A stretch of 64,000 nt of DNA from a virus: IMG/VR virus record IMGVR_UViG_3300045988_154277. The stretch is one strand, 5' to 3'. The notes beneath the pieces are model-generated. The model was given only the letters and a program-made list of their open reading frames with translations, had not been told where the DNA came from and did no database searches. The position numbers were made by a program, and so were the translations under genes. Positions 55,706-64,000 of this stretch are shown piece after piece. The stretch's first letter is position 1; each line of letters begins with the position of its first letter.

Positions 55706-58282
55706 ATGTTTATCACACGTTTTGAAATACACTTATACAAACCACTCCTACACAACAACATCAAACATGTAGTTGTGAATGATCTAACTCAGCAGACGGT
55801 ATTGGTTGCACCGAATGGATTCGGGAAGAGTTCGATCATGAGAGAGTTGACTCCTTACCCTGCTTGTCGCTCTGACTATGAGAAGCAAGGTAAGAAGATC
55901 ATCGAGATCCAACATGAGAAATCTTACTACATCCTTACATCGGATTTCAGTAAGATCAATGGAGCACATAGCTTCATCAAAGATGATGAAGAACTGAACC
56001 AGAGTGGCACCACAGAGGTGCAGGAGAGCTTGGTTGCACAACATTTCGGATACACTCAGGTGATCGACAAACTGTTATCCGGTGAGTATCAGGTCTGCTC
56101 TATGAGTGTAGCTGCTCGTAAGGAGTTGATCTACAGTACTTACCCAACATCATTAACGTTCATCTTGGATAAGTACCAAGCTTTGAAATCCAAGATCAGA
56201 ACATGCAGCAATCAGTTGAAGTTGCTGAATGAGAGAAAACTCAAGTTAACCGATCTTCTGTTGAAAGACGAAACACTTCAGTACTTTGAACAGTATCGGA
56301 AAGATCTCAACCGTGCACTCAGTGTTTTGGATCGTGAGATCTATGCGATGAACAAAACGTCTGGTGATATCAAGAACCGAATTACGACGTTAAAGATGGA
56401 ACGTGGGTCTGAAGCTGAGGTATCATTAGAGACGATCCTTCAGGAGTGTAAGAACATCTCCATGGAGATGTTCGAACTGAAGTTGAACCATGAGGTAGAT
56501 CTTGTTGTCCCTGCACAACTGGATCGGCTGATCGGGAAGTTAAGTGCACAAGCTGAGACACATCATGAGAAGAAGAACACTTTAACAGAACGAGGAACTC
56601 AGTTGAGTTCTGAGATCGATAAGATCCGTACTTCTCTTCAGAACGACACGGCTACGGCGATCCAGGAGTGTAAACGGTTGATCGAAGTCCAAGAGGAGAT
56701 CGTCCGGCAGAACACGATGGACGACGATACACCTGTTGTTCCATTGGAAGAGGCTCTGAAGTTGGAAGAGAACATAGATAAGATCCGAGAGGATCTTCAA
56801 TTCTTACAGGGATATCTTCCACTGATCACGCATAAAGAGTACAACGATCTTCTAGCCAAACGCGCACTACTGGAAGGCAGGATCCATCAGGTAGAACCGG
56901 AAGTATCACGGTTGGAGAATGTGATCGGTGAAGTCCAGAAGAAGATCCACTCTTTAAAGGACAAACACTCGTATCCATCAGACTGCAAACGCACTTGTAA
57001 GTTGAGAGAGAACTTGGAATCCGTTCTTCTATCTTACCAATTGGAGTTGAAAGATTACGAGACTTCTTATCAACGGGATCGTAAGATCCTACAGGAAGCA
57101 AAACAGCAGTATGACGAAGCAAATACAAAGGTTGAAGGGCAGAGAGCAGCGAGGCTTATTTTGCTCAAACTGGAGACACTTTTCACCCGCAAAACCTGGG
57201 GTCTTTTTGTGTGTTCTGATCTTGATCCATTAGACGCGATCAATCAGGACGTTACGAAAATCATCAACCGTTGTCTGAAGGTTGTTCAGAAAGCCAAAGC
57301 ACATGCTAAAGTCAAAGAGGCAGAGGACAAACTAACAGGACTTCGTGCGAAGTTGTTAGGTCTCCAAGCATCCGATCAACCTGTGAAAGAGTATCTCACG
57401 AAATCTCTGGTTGAGAAAGAGTATGAGTTGAATCAGATCGGGAAACAACTCTCCTTACTGGATCAGAGATTATCGTCTACAGAACTCGCTCTTCAGGTTT
57501 ACAAAGATCATCTGAATCTCCATAATCGTATCACTCACCTCAATGGTGTGTATCATCTATGGCAACAGCTCTATGTGCATGAAGAGGAGTTGCGATGCCT
57601 GGACGATATGGTGTGGTATCTTCAAGATGTGAAGAATCAGATCAACGAGAAGTTGAGAGAGTTGGAGACGATCGTCAAAGAACAGTCCGGATATCTGACC
57701 CGATTGAAAGAAGAGATCGAACCATCGATCCAGGAGATCTCAGGTAAGATGAAGAAGTTGGTCGCTGTAGCGGAACAACTATCTCCTGTATCAGGGATCC
57801 CTTATCGGTATACCGTAAGATACGTCAACACAGTTTTGCAGTTGGCGAATATGTTTATCCGTCAGGTGTGGAACTACGACATCGAACTGGCTTATTTCGA
57901 TGAGAACAAACAGAATGATTTCGACTTCAACTTCCGGTTGTTGATCAACCACAACAGTGAAGTGAAAGATATCAAACTCTGTTCGAAGAGCCAGAAGTCG
58001 ATCATCAATCTGGTGATGCGGTTGGCGATCTGCATCTATCGTGGATACATCCATCAGTATCCTCTGAAACTGGATGAGATCGATGATGGTTGCAGTCCGA
58101 TCCATCAGGATCGGTTGACTTCGTTCCTTGTGGAGTTTCTGAACAAAAAGAATATCCTACAAGCGTTCATCGTCAACCAATCGGTTGCTGTAAGCAGTAG
58201 CTTCACGGATGCTGGTATGATCTTGTTGTCGGAAGATGAGATCGTTCCGGAACACTGTGTTGTAAAGTCCAAAGTCAATTGA
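55706..58282 (+). CDS. SbcC/Rad50 (T4 gp46)-like coiled-coil ATPase (858 aa from the ATG at 55706)
   Basis: Walker A VAPNGFGKSS; about 600-aa coiled-coil middle; signature-like CSKSQKS; Walker B/D-loop LKLDEIDDG. AAGAGG RBS. Confidence 0.6.
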   Translation: MFITRFEIHLYKPLLHNNIKHVVVNDLTQQTVLVAPNGFGKSSIMRELTPYPACRSDYEKQGKKIIEIQHEKSYYILTSDFSKINGAHSFIKDDEELNQSGTTEVQESLVAQHFGYTQVIDKLLSGEYQVCSMSVAARKELIYSTYPTSLTFILDKYQALKSKIRTCSNQLKLLNERKLKLTDLLLKDETLQYFEQYRKDLNRALSVLDREIYAMNKTSGDIKNRITTLKMERGSEAEVSLETILQECKNISMEMFELKLNHEVDLVVPAQLDRLIGKLSAQAETHHEKKNTLTERGTQLSSEIDKIRTSLQNDTATAIQECKRLIEVQEEIVRQNTMDDDTPVVPLEEALKLEENIDKIREDLQFLQGYLPLITHKEYNDLLAKRALLEGRIHQVEPEVSRLENVIGEVQKKIHSLKDKHSYPSDCKRTCKLRENLESVLLSYQLELKDYETSYQRDRKILQEAKQQYDEANTKVEGQRAARLILLKLETLFTRKTWGLFVCSDLDPLDAINQDVTKIINRCLKVVQKAKAHAKVKEAEDKLTGLRAKLLGLQASDQPVKEYLTKSLVEKEYELNQIGKQLSLLDQRLSSTELALQVYKDHLNLHNRITHLNGVYHLWQQLYVHEEELRCLDDMVWYLQDVKNQINEKLRELETIVKEQSGYLTRLKEEIEPSIQEISGKMKKLVAVAEQLSPVSGIPYRYTVRYVNTVLQLANMFIRQVWNYDIELAYFDENKQNDFDFNFRLLINHNSEVKDIKLCSKSQKSIINLVMRLAICIYRGYIHQYPLKLDEIDDGCSPIHQDRLTSFLVEFLNKKNILQAFIVNQSVAVSSSFTDAGMILLSEDEIVPEHCVVKSKVN

Positions 58283-58284
58283 TA

Positions 58285-58320
58285 TCTAGAGGTAGTGGAG
58301 GATCCTCCACTACCTCTAGA
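58285..58320. terminator. 17-bp stem / 3-nt loop hairpin
   Basis: TCTAGAGGTAGTGGAGG atc CTCCACTACCTCTAGA. Confidence 0.55.
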
Positions 58321-58326
58321 ACTCTA

Positions 58327-59190
58327 TCACATCTTAGTGATCGTAACATCGTTGTTGTTGGTGGATACACGGAACTTCTTATCGGTCCCTCTGATCGCAA
58401 TGACATTTTGAGATTCGTTGATCAACTCGTAACTTCGTTTTACGAAGGGGTGTTCTGAGTTGTTCAAGATATACTCGATCACTTGATAGTGGTACTCGTC
58501 AAGTTTCTTATACTTGATATACTCGTTAAAATCTGAGTTGATGGGATGAACTTTCCCTGAGATGTGATCCGTTTCGAATGAGTGACTGACGATCATCTGG
58601 CATTTCGTCTCAGCGTAGATCACCATCTGAGTACTGCGGTCTACGAAGTTCACAACATCGTAGCAGACCGTCTTCGGGTAGTCGATCGCTCCTGTTACCG
58701 TGAACAGTTGGTTGTTCAGACTGAAATCGAAGTTCTTCCTCTGTGCATCAGTCACAGCAGTACGGATCAATGTGACATTGTACTCCTGTTCATCTATCTG
58801 TGCGATCGTTAAACAAGAGATGTAACTCTTACGACAAGCGTTCACCTGGATGTCGATGATCATACTGTTGTTGTACAGGTACATCTCATTATAGTTCTCC
58901 AAATCAACGTACAGTCGGATGCTGTCATTGTTTCGTTCGATCGCATACGTGAATGTCTTACCATGCTCCAGATCAACGATCTCCAATGATCCTGCGATAC
59001 AGACGTTAGAAAAGAAGGTATAGTTGAAATGGTACCGTTCTCCTCCGACGATTACATCGTACTTCATGTACTTGTCTTTAATAGTTTTCTGAAGTACAGT
59101 GATGTTGTACTCATCGTCAAAACGTTTGTGTCGAGGCATGATGTTGTTCACGACGGTAGCGTTCGCATACCACATGAATTTAAGGTCCAT
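58327..59190 (-). CDS. hypothetical protein (287 aa; start at MDLKF)
   Basis: ORF track gives 58327-59205; GGAGGT RBS before the ATG at 59190. Confidence 0.5.
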   Translation of the reverse strand: MDLKFMWYANATVVNNIMPRHKRFDDEYNITVLQKTIKDKYMKYDVIVGGERYHFNYTFFSNVCIAGSLEIVDLEHGKTFTYAIERNNDSIRLYVDLENYNEMYLYNNSMIIDIQVNACRKSYISCLTIAQIDEQEYNVTLIRTAVTDAQRKNFDFSLNNQLFTVTGAIDYPKTVCYDVVNFVDRSTQMVIYAETKCQMIVSHSFETDHISGKVHPINSDFNEYIKYKKLDEYHYQVIEYILNNSEHPFVKRSYELINESQNVIAIRGTDKKFRVSTNNNDVTITKM

Positions 59191-59303
59191 GTTACCTACC
59201 TCCAACGTTATAAGTTATAATGTGCATACCATGACTCCTAGCCCCACTGTTCCGGGTCATGGTATGGCAAAATCAACAGAAACTAGAATGGAAGGAGATC
59301 ATC

Positions 59304-60116
59304 ATGAACAATGCGATCGATCTTGCTTTAACAACGATTACGAATGAAATACCTCCTGATGTGTTGGCTTATGCGTTCAGCACCAGAGAGGAAGAAGAGA
59401 AGACATGGAGTGTTCAGCAGATGGTTCTGGATAAGGTGATCCAGGATCGTGTGTTGAAAGATATGAACGTTCACGGTGGTAAACTGAAACATATCGTTCT
59501 ACTCCCCAAATACAGAGAAAAACTCCGTATGGATGTACAGGATGCTTATATGCACACGGGTCCGTTCTCCCTGTATCGTATCCCACCGGAGGAACGGGAA
59601 GGGCTTCCTCTCGTAGAAGTACATGGGTTGACGTATCGCGGCAACTATGCTGGATATGTCCCCAATATGAACGGCTGGGCTGGTGGTGTGAATCTAAACA
59701 CACTTGGACAGGCTGTGTTAGACAGTCATACTTTCGCATCCTCTCCGCCGAAGCCCAATGTGGAGCTTCTGAGTGGTGACCTTGTGAAGCTATGGCCTGC
59801 ACAGCATTCGATCATCGTGTGGGTGATGAGTTGTCGTATCGCTTACGACAAGGACTTCACCAACCTGAACACCAGTGCGTTGGAGACATTTGAAGAGTTG
59901 TGCCTGGAAGCTACCAAAGCCTACATCTACAATCAAACGATCATCGCTCTTGATAGAGGATACGTGGAATCTGGTTATGAGATCGGTGAGATGAAACGTA
60001 CCATCGACACTTACGCTGATAGTCGACAACGCTATCGTGAGTTAAGAGAGCAACTCGTCGGAGCTATGAACTTGGATCCGAGCCGGATCATCGAACTGGC
60101 AAGCTTCATCCTTTGA
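59304..60116 (+). CDS. hypothetical protein (270 aa; start at MNNAIDL)
   Basis: ORF track gives 59259; GGAAGGAG RBS before the ATG at 59304. Confidence 0.5.
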   Translation: MNNAIDLALTTITNEIPPDVLAYAFSTREEEEKTWSVQQMVLDKVIQDRVLKDMNVHGGKLKHIVLLPKYREKLRMDVQDAYMHTGPFSLYRIPPEEREGLPLVEVHGLTYRGNYAGYVPNMNGWAGGVNLNTLGQAVLDSHTFASSPPKPNVELLSGDLVKLWPAQHSIIVWVMSCRIAYDKDFTNLNTSALETFEELCLEATKAYIYNQTIIALDRGYVESGYEIGEMKRTIDTYADSRQRYRELREQLVGAMNLDPSRIIELASFIL

Positions 60117-60129
60117 TGTGAAACAAAAA

Positions 60130-60164
60130 GAGAAGGTAGGACCTGGATGGTACCTACCTTCTCT
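60130..60164. terminator. 12-bp stem hairpin
   Basis: AGAGAAGGTAGG acctggatggta CCTACCTTCTCT. Confidence 0.4.
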
Positions 60165-60167
60165 TAC

Positions 60168-60548
60168 TTATTTGGATTTTTCATCAGATCGCTTATCAGG
60201 TTCCAGATCTAACGATCGTGTAATCCGTTCTGGAAGTTGATAGATCGGATTTACCTTGACCAACGATTCCAACTCCTTCATGGCCTGACGATGAAATGTC
60301 TTTGCAAGTTCTTTATCGATCTTCAAGGCATTCTTCATCCAAGCGTTGTCTCTCAGATTACAAATGTAGTTCTTCAGACCATCGATGGTGGTTAACAACG
60401 ACAACACGATCCTCCAGAGTAACTTGGTCTCCACTGAGTAGTTCAGTGCGATCGACACGTGGTGCATACCAACGAAGATCGACGCAAGTACACTCAGGAA
60501 CGCCACGAGTGTCATCAACCAACAGTATCCGTTCCAATCACCCATCAA
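60168..60548 (-). CDS. small N-terminally anchored membrane protein 1 (126 aa)
   Basis: N-terminal hydrophobic helix WLMTLVAFLSVLASIFVGM, then a polar C-terminal domain. Confidence 0.5.
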   Translation of the reverse strand: MMGDWNGYCWLMTLVAFLSVLASIFVGMHHVSIALNYSVETKLLWRIVLSLLTTIDGLKNYICNLRDNAWMKNALKIDKELAKTFHRQAMKELESLVKVNPIYQLPERITRSLDLEPDKRSDEKSK

Positions 60549-60565
60549 CTGATCTCCTTCCGTGT

Positions 60566-60859
60566 TTACAGATGTCTTCTATTGATAATGTAAGTATTAC
60601 GATATTCACGCATCTCTTCGAAAACTTTGAGACGGTCTTCTTTCGATGGAGCGTAAGCGGCTTTATTGGATAGTTCTGTGATCTTCTGGTCACGATACTT
60701 CGAACACCAGATACGATCTTCAACCGTCTTGATGCCAACTTTCACAACAAGTCTCGTGATATCAGCGATGATAAGTGAAATCAATGTTACCAACAACATA
60801 ACACCTGCCATGAGCATGACGGTGTAGTAATATGCCCATTCCAATGTTAGATCAATCAT
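60566..60859 (-). CDS. small N-terminally anchored membrane protein 2 (97 aa; start at MIDLT)
   Basis: GGAGAAG RBS; ATG overlaps the upstream TGA; helix YYYTVMLMAGVMLLVTLISLII. Confidence 0.5.
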   Translation of the reverse strand: MIDLTLEWAYYYTVMLMAGVMLLVTLISLIIADITRLVVKVGIKTVEDRIWCSKYRDQKITELSNKAAYAPSKEDRLKVFEEMREYRNTYIINRRHL

Positions 60860-61128
60860 CACTTCTCCGTTTGTTTGATGAGTGTTGTATAGTTGCGAGA
60901 AACTTTGATGATCTGGGCACAAGCATTATCAAGGGTTTGTAAACACTCGTTGTGTTTGCCTTGCTCAGCAAGGACTTTTGCTTTGGTGACCAACAGACCG
61001 ATCGCGTTGAACTGTCTGGTAAGTCTGTAGAATTTGAGAACCTTGTTCAGGTCCTTAATCGTAGATCTTGCGATGTAGATCGTCTCAACTGCGAGAACGA
61101 TCAACAGAATACTGTTGAATAGTGTCAT
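60859..61128 (-). CDS. small N-terminally anchored membrane protein 3 (89 aa)
   Basis: Helix LFNSILLIVLAVETIYI. Confidence 0.5.
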   Translation of the reverse strand: MTLFNSILLIVLAVETIYIARSTIKDLNKVLKFYRLTRQFNAIGLLVTKAKVLAEQGKHNECLQTLDNACAQIIKVSRNYTTLIKQTEK

Positions 61129-61475
61129 GATATCTCCTTCAATAATGTAAGTGGTTGTTCGAACTCACTAAGTGTGAGTCCATCTGGGTTGTAATAGGTA
61201 AACGCTGTCTTGACATTCTCCCTGGCTGCTAAGTAGTGTGTCTTGATATCAAGGATCACTTCTCGTTCCAGCTCAGGTGCGATGTTCCTCTGTTTCAGCT
61301 TAACGTAATTATCCATAAGCTCTAACACAGTAGTGTATTGTATCAGAGCTAATGTGATGTATTCCGAGTATCGCATCACTTGAATGAAACGTTTTCTTAT
61401 CTTGATGAAGAGCCATAAACTCGCGATTACCTCCAATACGAGAAAAGAGCAAAGTATGATAACCAATATATCCAT
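61125..61475 (-). CDS. small N-terminally anchored membrane protein 4 (116 aa; start at MDILVII)
   Basis: ORF track start 61526 lies inside a hairpin; GGAGG RBS before the ATG at 61475; helix ILVIILCSFLVLEVIASLWLFI. Confidence 0.5.
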   Translation of the reverse strand: MDILVIILCSFLVLEVIASLWLFIKIRKRFIQVMRYSEYITLALIQYTTVLELMDNYVKLKQRNIAPELEREVILDIKTHYLAARENVKTAFTYYNPDGLTLSEFEQPLTLLKEIS

Positions 61476-61483
61476 AAGAACCT

Positions 61484-61545
61484 CCGTATCTAATGTGAGC
61501 CATACAACTATCCATAGGGTAGTCATACGCTCACATTAGATACTT
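61484..61545. terminator. 15-bp stem with 28-nt structured loop
   Basis: GTATCTAATGTGAGC ... GCTCACATTAGATAC. Confidence 0.45.
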
Positions 61546-61549
61546 GATG

Positions 61550-62539
61550 TTATTTGGTGATGTTGAATCGTGAAGCACTCACCAAAGTGATCAGGTTCTT
61601 GAAGAATACGGTGAAGCGTGCATCCTCACCATACTCGAGAACACCAATCCTCTTCAGATCCTCTTTGCATTCCGGAGTATTGAGAACATCCGGAAGGGCG
61701 ACATCGTCTATGTCGTCAATAAGATGCGCGAGCAGATCGTTCAGGATCTCATTGTACCGACGCTCCGATGTTCCATAGATACCGAACTGGTTCGTAATAG
61801 CTGCGATGAAATGGTCCATCAACATACGACCGATCTCCGGTGTGAATTCGCAATTGGATGATACAGACGGGACACACACTTTGACCGATGATGCTTGGTC
61901 CACTTGTTTGGTCACGATGTTCCGTTCTATTTTGAAGATCTCAGAGAACTCTTCGAGTCTGGGATCCGTATGATCTGAACTCACACGGAGCAAATATCTC
62001 AGGAAGAAGAACGGGATCTCTCCCAGTCTTCCGATGAACTGAGCGGACTCCTCACCGTGGTTGTCCGTGATGTGATCGAGTATCGCCACGAGCTGCCAGT
62101 AGCGGATTTCATGTTTGTTAAACGGAACAACGAGTTCCTTCCGCTGAAGTTGACCCATCGGGTCATACAGCTCAACCACGATCCTGTTTTCGGATCTCTT
62201 CACGGAGAAAAAGTACCGCGTGAACCGTCTTTTCAGTTCCGTCAGTTCCTGGATCAACATCCACTCGTATTCACGAGCCATGTAGTCCGTCACTGACGAC
62301 GCTGTCAATATAGAACTGACGATGCGTCCCGTAATCAGACCGGCTTCATGGGCGAACGCCTCCGGGTTCTGATCAACCATGTAGTTCCGTTGCGGTACTC
62401 CGATATTCGGAACCGCAGCCTGCGGGATGATCTGCGCGAAATTAGTGTTGACAAAGTCAGGCGACTGTCCATACATGTTGTTTTGCATCTTTTGTTCTCC
62501 TATGCTTGATGCGTTAAGGGATGGGTGATATGGTATCAC
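61550..62539 (-). CDS. hypothetical protein (329 aa)
   Basis: Long ORF. Confidence 0.55.
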   Translation of the reverse strand: MIPYHPSLNASSIGEQKMQNNMYGQSPDFVNTNFAQIIPQAAVPNIGVPQRNYMVDQNPEAFAHEAGLITGRIVSSILTASSVTDYMAREYEWMLIQELTELKRRFTRYFFSVKRSENRIVVELYDPMGQLQRKELVVPFNKHEIRYWQLVAILDHITDNHGEESAQFIGRLGEIPFFFLRYLLRVSSDHTDPRLEEFSEIFKIERNIVTKQVDQASSVKVCVPSVSSNCEFTPEIGRMLMDHFIAAITNQFGIYGTSERRYNEILNDLLAHLIDDIDDVALPDVLNTPECKEDLKRIGVLEYGEDARFTVFFKNLITLVSASRFNITK

Positions 62540-62553
62540 CCATCCCGATTGTT

Positions 62554-63087
62554 TTACTTGAACCAGAGTTTGGTCTCACTCTTAGTCAGCTTGAAGTCAT
62601 ACTGTTCAGCGATCTTCATCCACGTACGGATCATCTCTTTCGGGATGATCCCCGAAGAGTAATCGAGCAACTTAATGTAATCTTTCTCGACGTACATGAT
62701 CCGGTTGTTGGGATACTTGTCGTGATCCGTATGAGTTGTGATCAGATATCTTCTCTTCGCATACTGGAAGAAGAACTTGTGAACTCCTCTTACCAGATGG
62801 GAGGTATATCCCTGATCGCGTTTGGTCACCATCTCATAACCTCTTCCGAGGAAGAGGAAGAGCTGGTATGCATGTTTGATGTAGTCTTTCTTCTTGGTAG
62901 GGAGTTTGTTGAACTCCAAGTCCAACTCACTTTCTTCCAGCTGGAAGAACTCCATCAGGAACTGATCGGATGTCTTCTCTTTCAGAAGACCCAGTGTTCC
63001 AACCGTCTGTGTGATGATCTGACAAAGGCAGACCATCGCTGATTCGTTGAATTTGCTTACTGCTTTAAAGTCGTAGTCAATTTGCAT
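62554..63087 (-). CDS. hypothetical protein (177 aa)
   Basis: ORF. Confidence 0.5.
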   Translation of the reverse strand: MQIDYDFKAVSKFNESAMVCLCQIITQTVGTLGLLKEKTSDQFLMEFFQLEESELDLEFNKLPTKKKDYIKHAYQLFLFLGRGYEMVTKRDQGYTSHLVRGVHKFFFQYAKRRYLITTHTDHDKYPNNRIMYVEKDYIKLLDYSSGIIPKEMIRTWMKIAEQYDFKLTKSETKLWFK

Positions 63088-64000
63088 TATTAGCCTCCAT
63101 TTCTTTTCTGATTTCAGATTTCACAAACATTCCAAGATCGGTGTAGATAAACGTGTCTTGCTTACATACACAACAACCATTGTCCGGATCCGCCTGGATC
63201 ACTCCAGAATACAACAAACGTCGATATTCACGTTTATGTGTATCGTACTTATAATACGGGAATACAGCTTTCTTGGTGGTATCTTTCAGTGTATTATAGA
63301 ACTCGAGTTTCCACTCCTCATCTGCATCACCGAGTATGTTGTCGAACCATGCAAGCCATGAAAACTGCAACGGTTCCAGAGATGCACCCACCTCTTCTCC
63401 TTTCTGAGTCAGACGATACTTGACAGTGGTAGTTGACCCGGACTTCTGAATCAACCCTTGGTTGTACATTGTTGCGAGTAGAGTCTTATGCTGAATCTGT
63501 GTGATATTGATGTCCAGAAATCCTCTGATACAAAGACTAGAAACCTCTTCTACTCCTTTCTGCTTGAGAGCATAAAGTATTCTGAGATTCATCTCACGAC
63601 ACTGCCGTGCGACTACTTTGTTCCCGTTAGACCGAAGATCCTCATTAATCACCGAAACACGTAACTTCTTCACGCGCTCACGAACCGATGGAACATTTTC
63701 TTCCCCATCTTTCGGAACATCCTCGAACGGGTCATCTTCCTTCGGTGGTTCCTGAGGCTTCGGAGGCTTAACAGGAACAGGTACATCTCTCGTCCTAACC
63801 ATGATACCGTGTACTCTCTTGTCCTCCGGGATCATATCGAAAGGATCATGAAGTTCAACGCGGATCGTGTGTGTGGACTGATCATACCACACTTGGAAAT
63901 AGAACCGAGCATACAACCCGTTCTTCATCTGGGACAACATCTGCATGATGTGCCAGATCATCTCGTAGATGGCCACAGTACCAAGCACTGTATTGAATTT
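63077..64000 (-). CDS. protein with winged-helix (MarR/PadR-like) DNA-binding-type segment; gene probably continues beyond the window end
   Basis: LRILYALKQKGVEEVSSLCIRGFLDINITQIQHKTLLATMYNQGLIQKSG...KYRLTQKGEEVG. The frame is open to the last base of the window. Confidence 0.45.
   Translation of the reverse strand, partial: KFNTVLGTVAIYEMIWHIMQMLSQMKNGLYARFYFQVWYDQSTHTIRVELHDPFDMIPEDKRVHGIMVRTRDVPVPVKPPKPQEPPKEDDPFEDVPKDGEENVPSVRERVKKLRVSVINEDLRSNGNKVVARQCREMNLRILYALKQKGVEEVSSLCIRGFLDINITQIQHKTLLATMYNQGLIQKSGSTTTVKYRLTQKGEEVGASLEPLQFSWLAWFDNILGDADEEWKLEFYNTLKDTTKKAVFPYYKYDTHKREYRRLLYSGVIQADPDNGCCVCKQDTFIYTDLGMFVKSEIRKEMEANNAN

Noticed and set aside
61476-61526. Upstream extension of membrane protein 4 (track start at 61526)
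   Set aside because: The extension lies inside a 15-bp stem hairpin and lacks an RBS. The internal ATG at 61475 has GGAGG.

Overview
This 64-kb window is densely coded on both strands and reads as part of a large (jumbo-type) tailed-phage genome of roughly 45% G+C by eye. All homology calls below are by eye from the six-frame translations; no database search was possible.

Left 27 kb (minus strand): a run of virion-type genes. It includes a 2670-aa Gly/Ala/Lys-repeat giant protein, a 752-aa protein and three paralogous helical proteins.

Centre: a multisubunit-RNA-polymerase beta-like gene, called as two ORFs (1121 aa and 398 aa) because two tandem, mutually homologous, ORF-less group I introns at 31270-32047 lie between them. 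This is followed by a UvsX-like recombinase and a tail-fibre locus (His-box fibre, 412-aa fibre, BspA-type leucine-rich-repeat protein, three small tandem paralogs). That locus is peppered with G/C homopolymer tracts: C8, G9, C7, G10, G10. The C8 tract breaks a fibre gene that a single-C deletion would restore. A DnaB-like helicase and an acidic low-complexity protein follow.

Right part: a 745-aa candidate major capsid gene and a 157-aa gene whose codon usage (GC3-rich: CTG, CGT, CCG, GGT, AAC, TTC, ATC) differs sharply from the rest of the window. Also here are the N-terminal half only of a T4-like family-B DNA polymerase (split gene), a RuvC-like resolvase, an SbcC/Rad50-like ATPase, a 1-kb low-coding hub with two tiny paralogous genes and many palindromes, and an array of four small N-terminally anchored membrane proteins.

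Nearly every operon boundary carries a perfect 15-18 bp hairpin, and at least seven intergenic sites carry the AT-rich motif GTAATATATACGTGAAA (reverse complement TTTCACGTATATATTAC).
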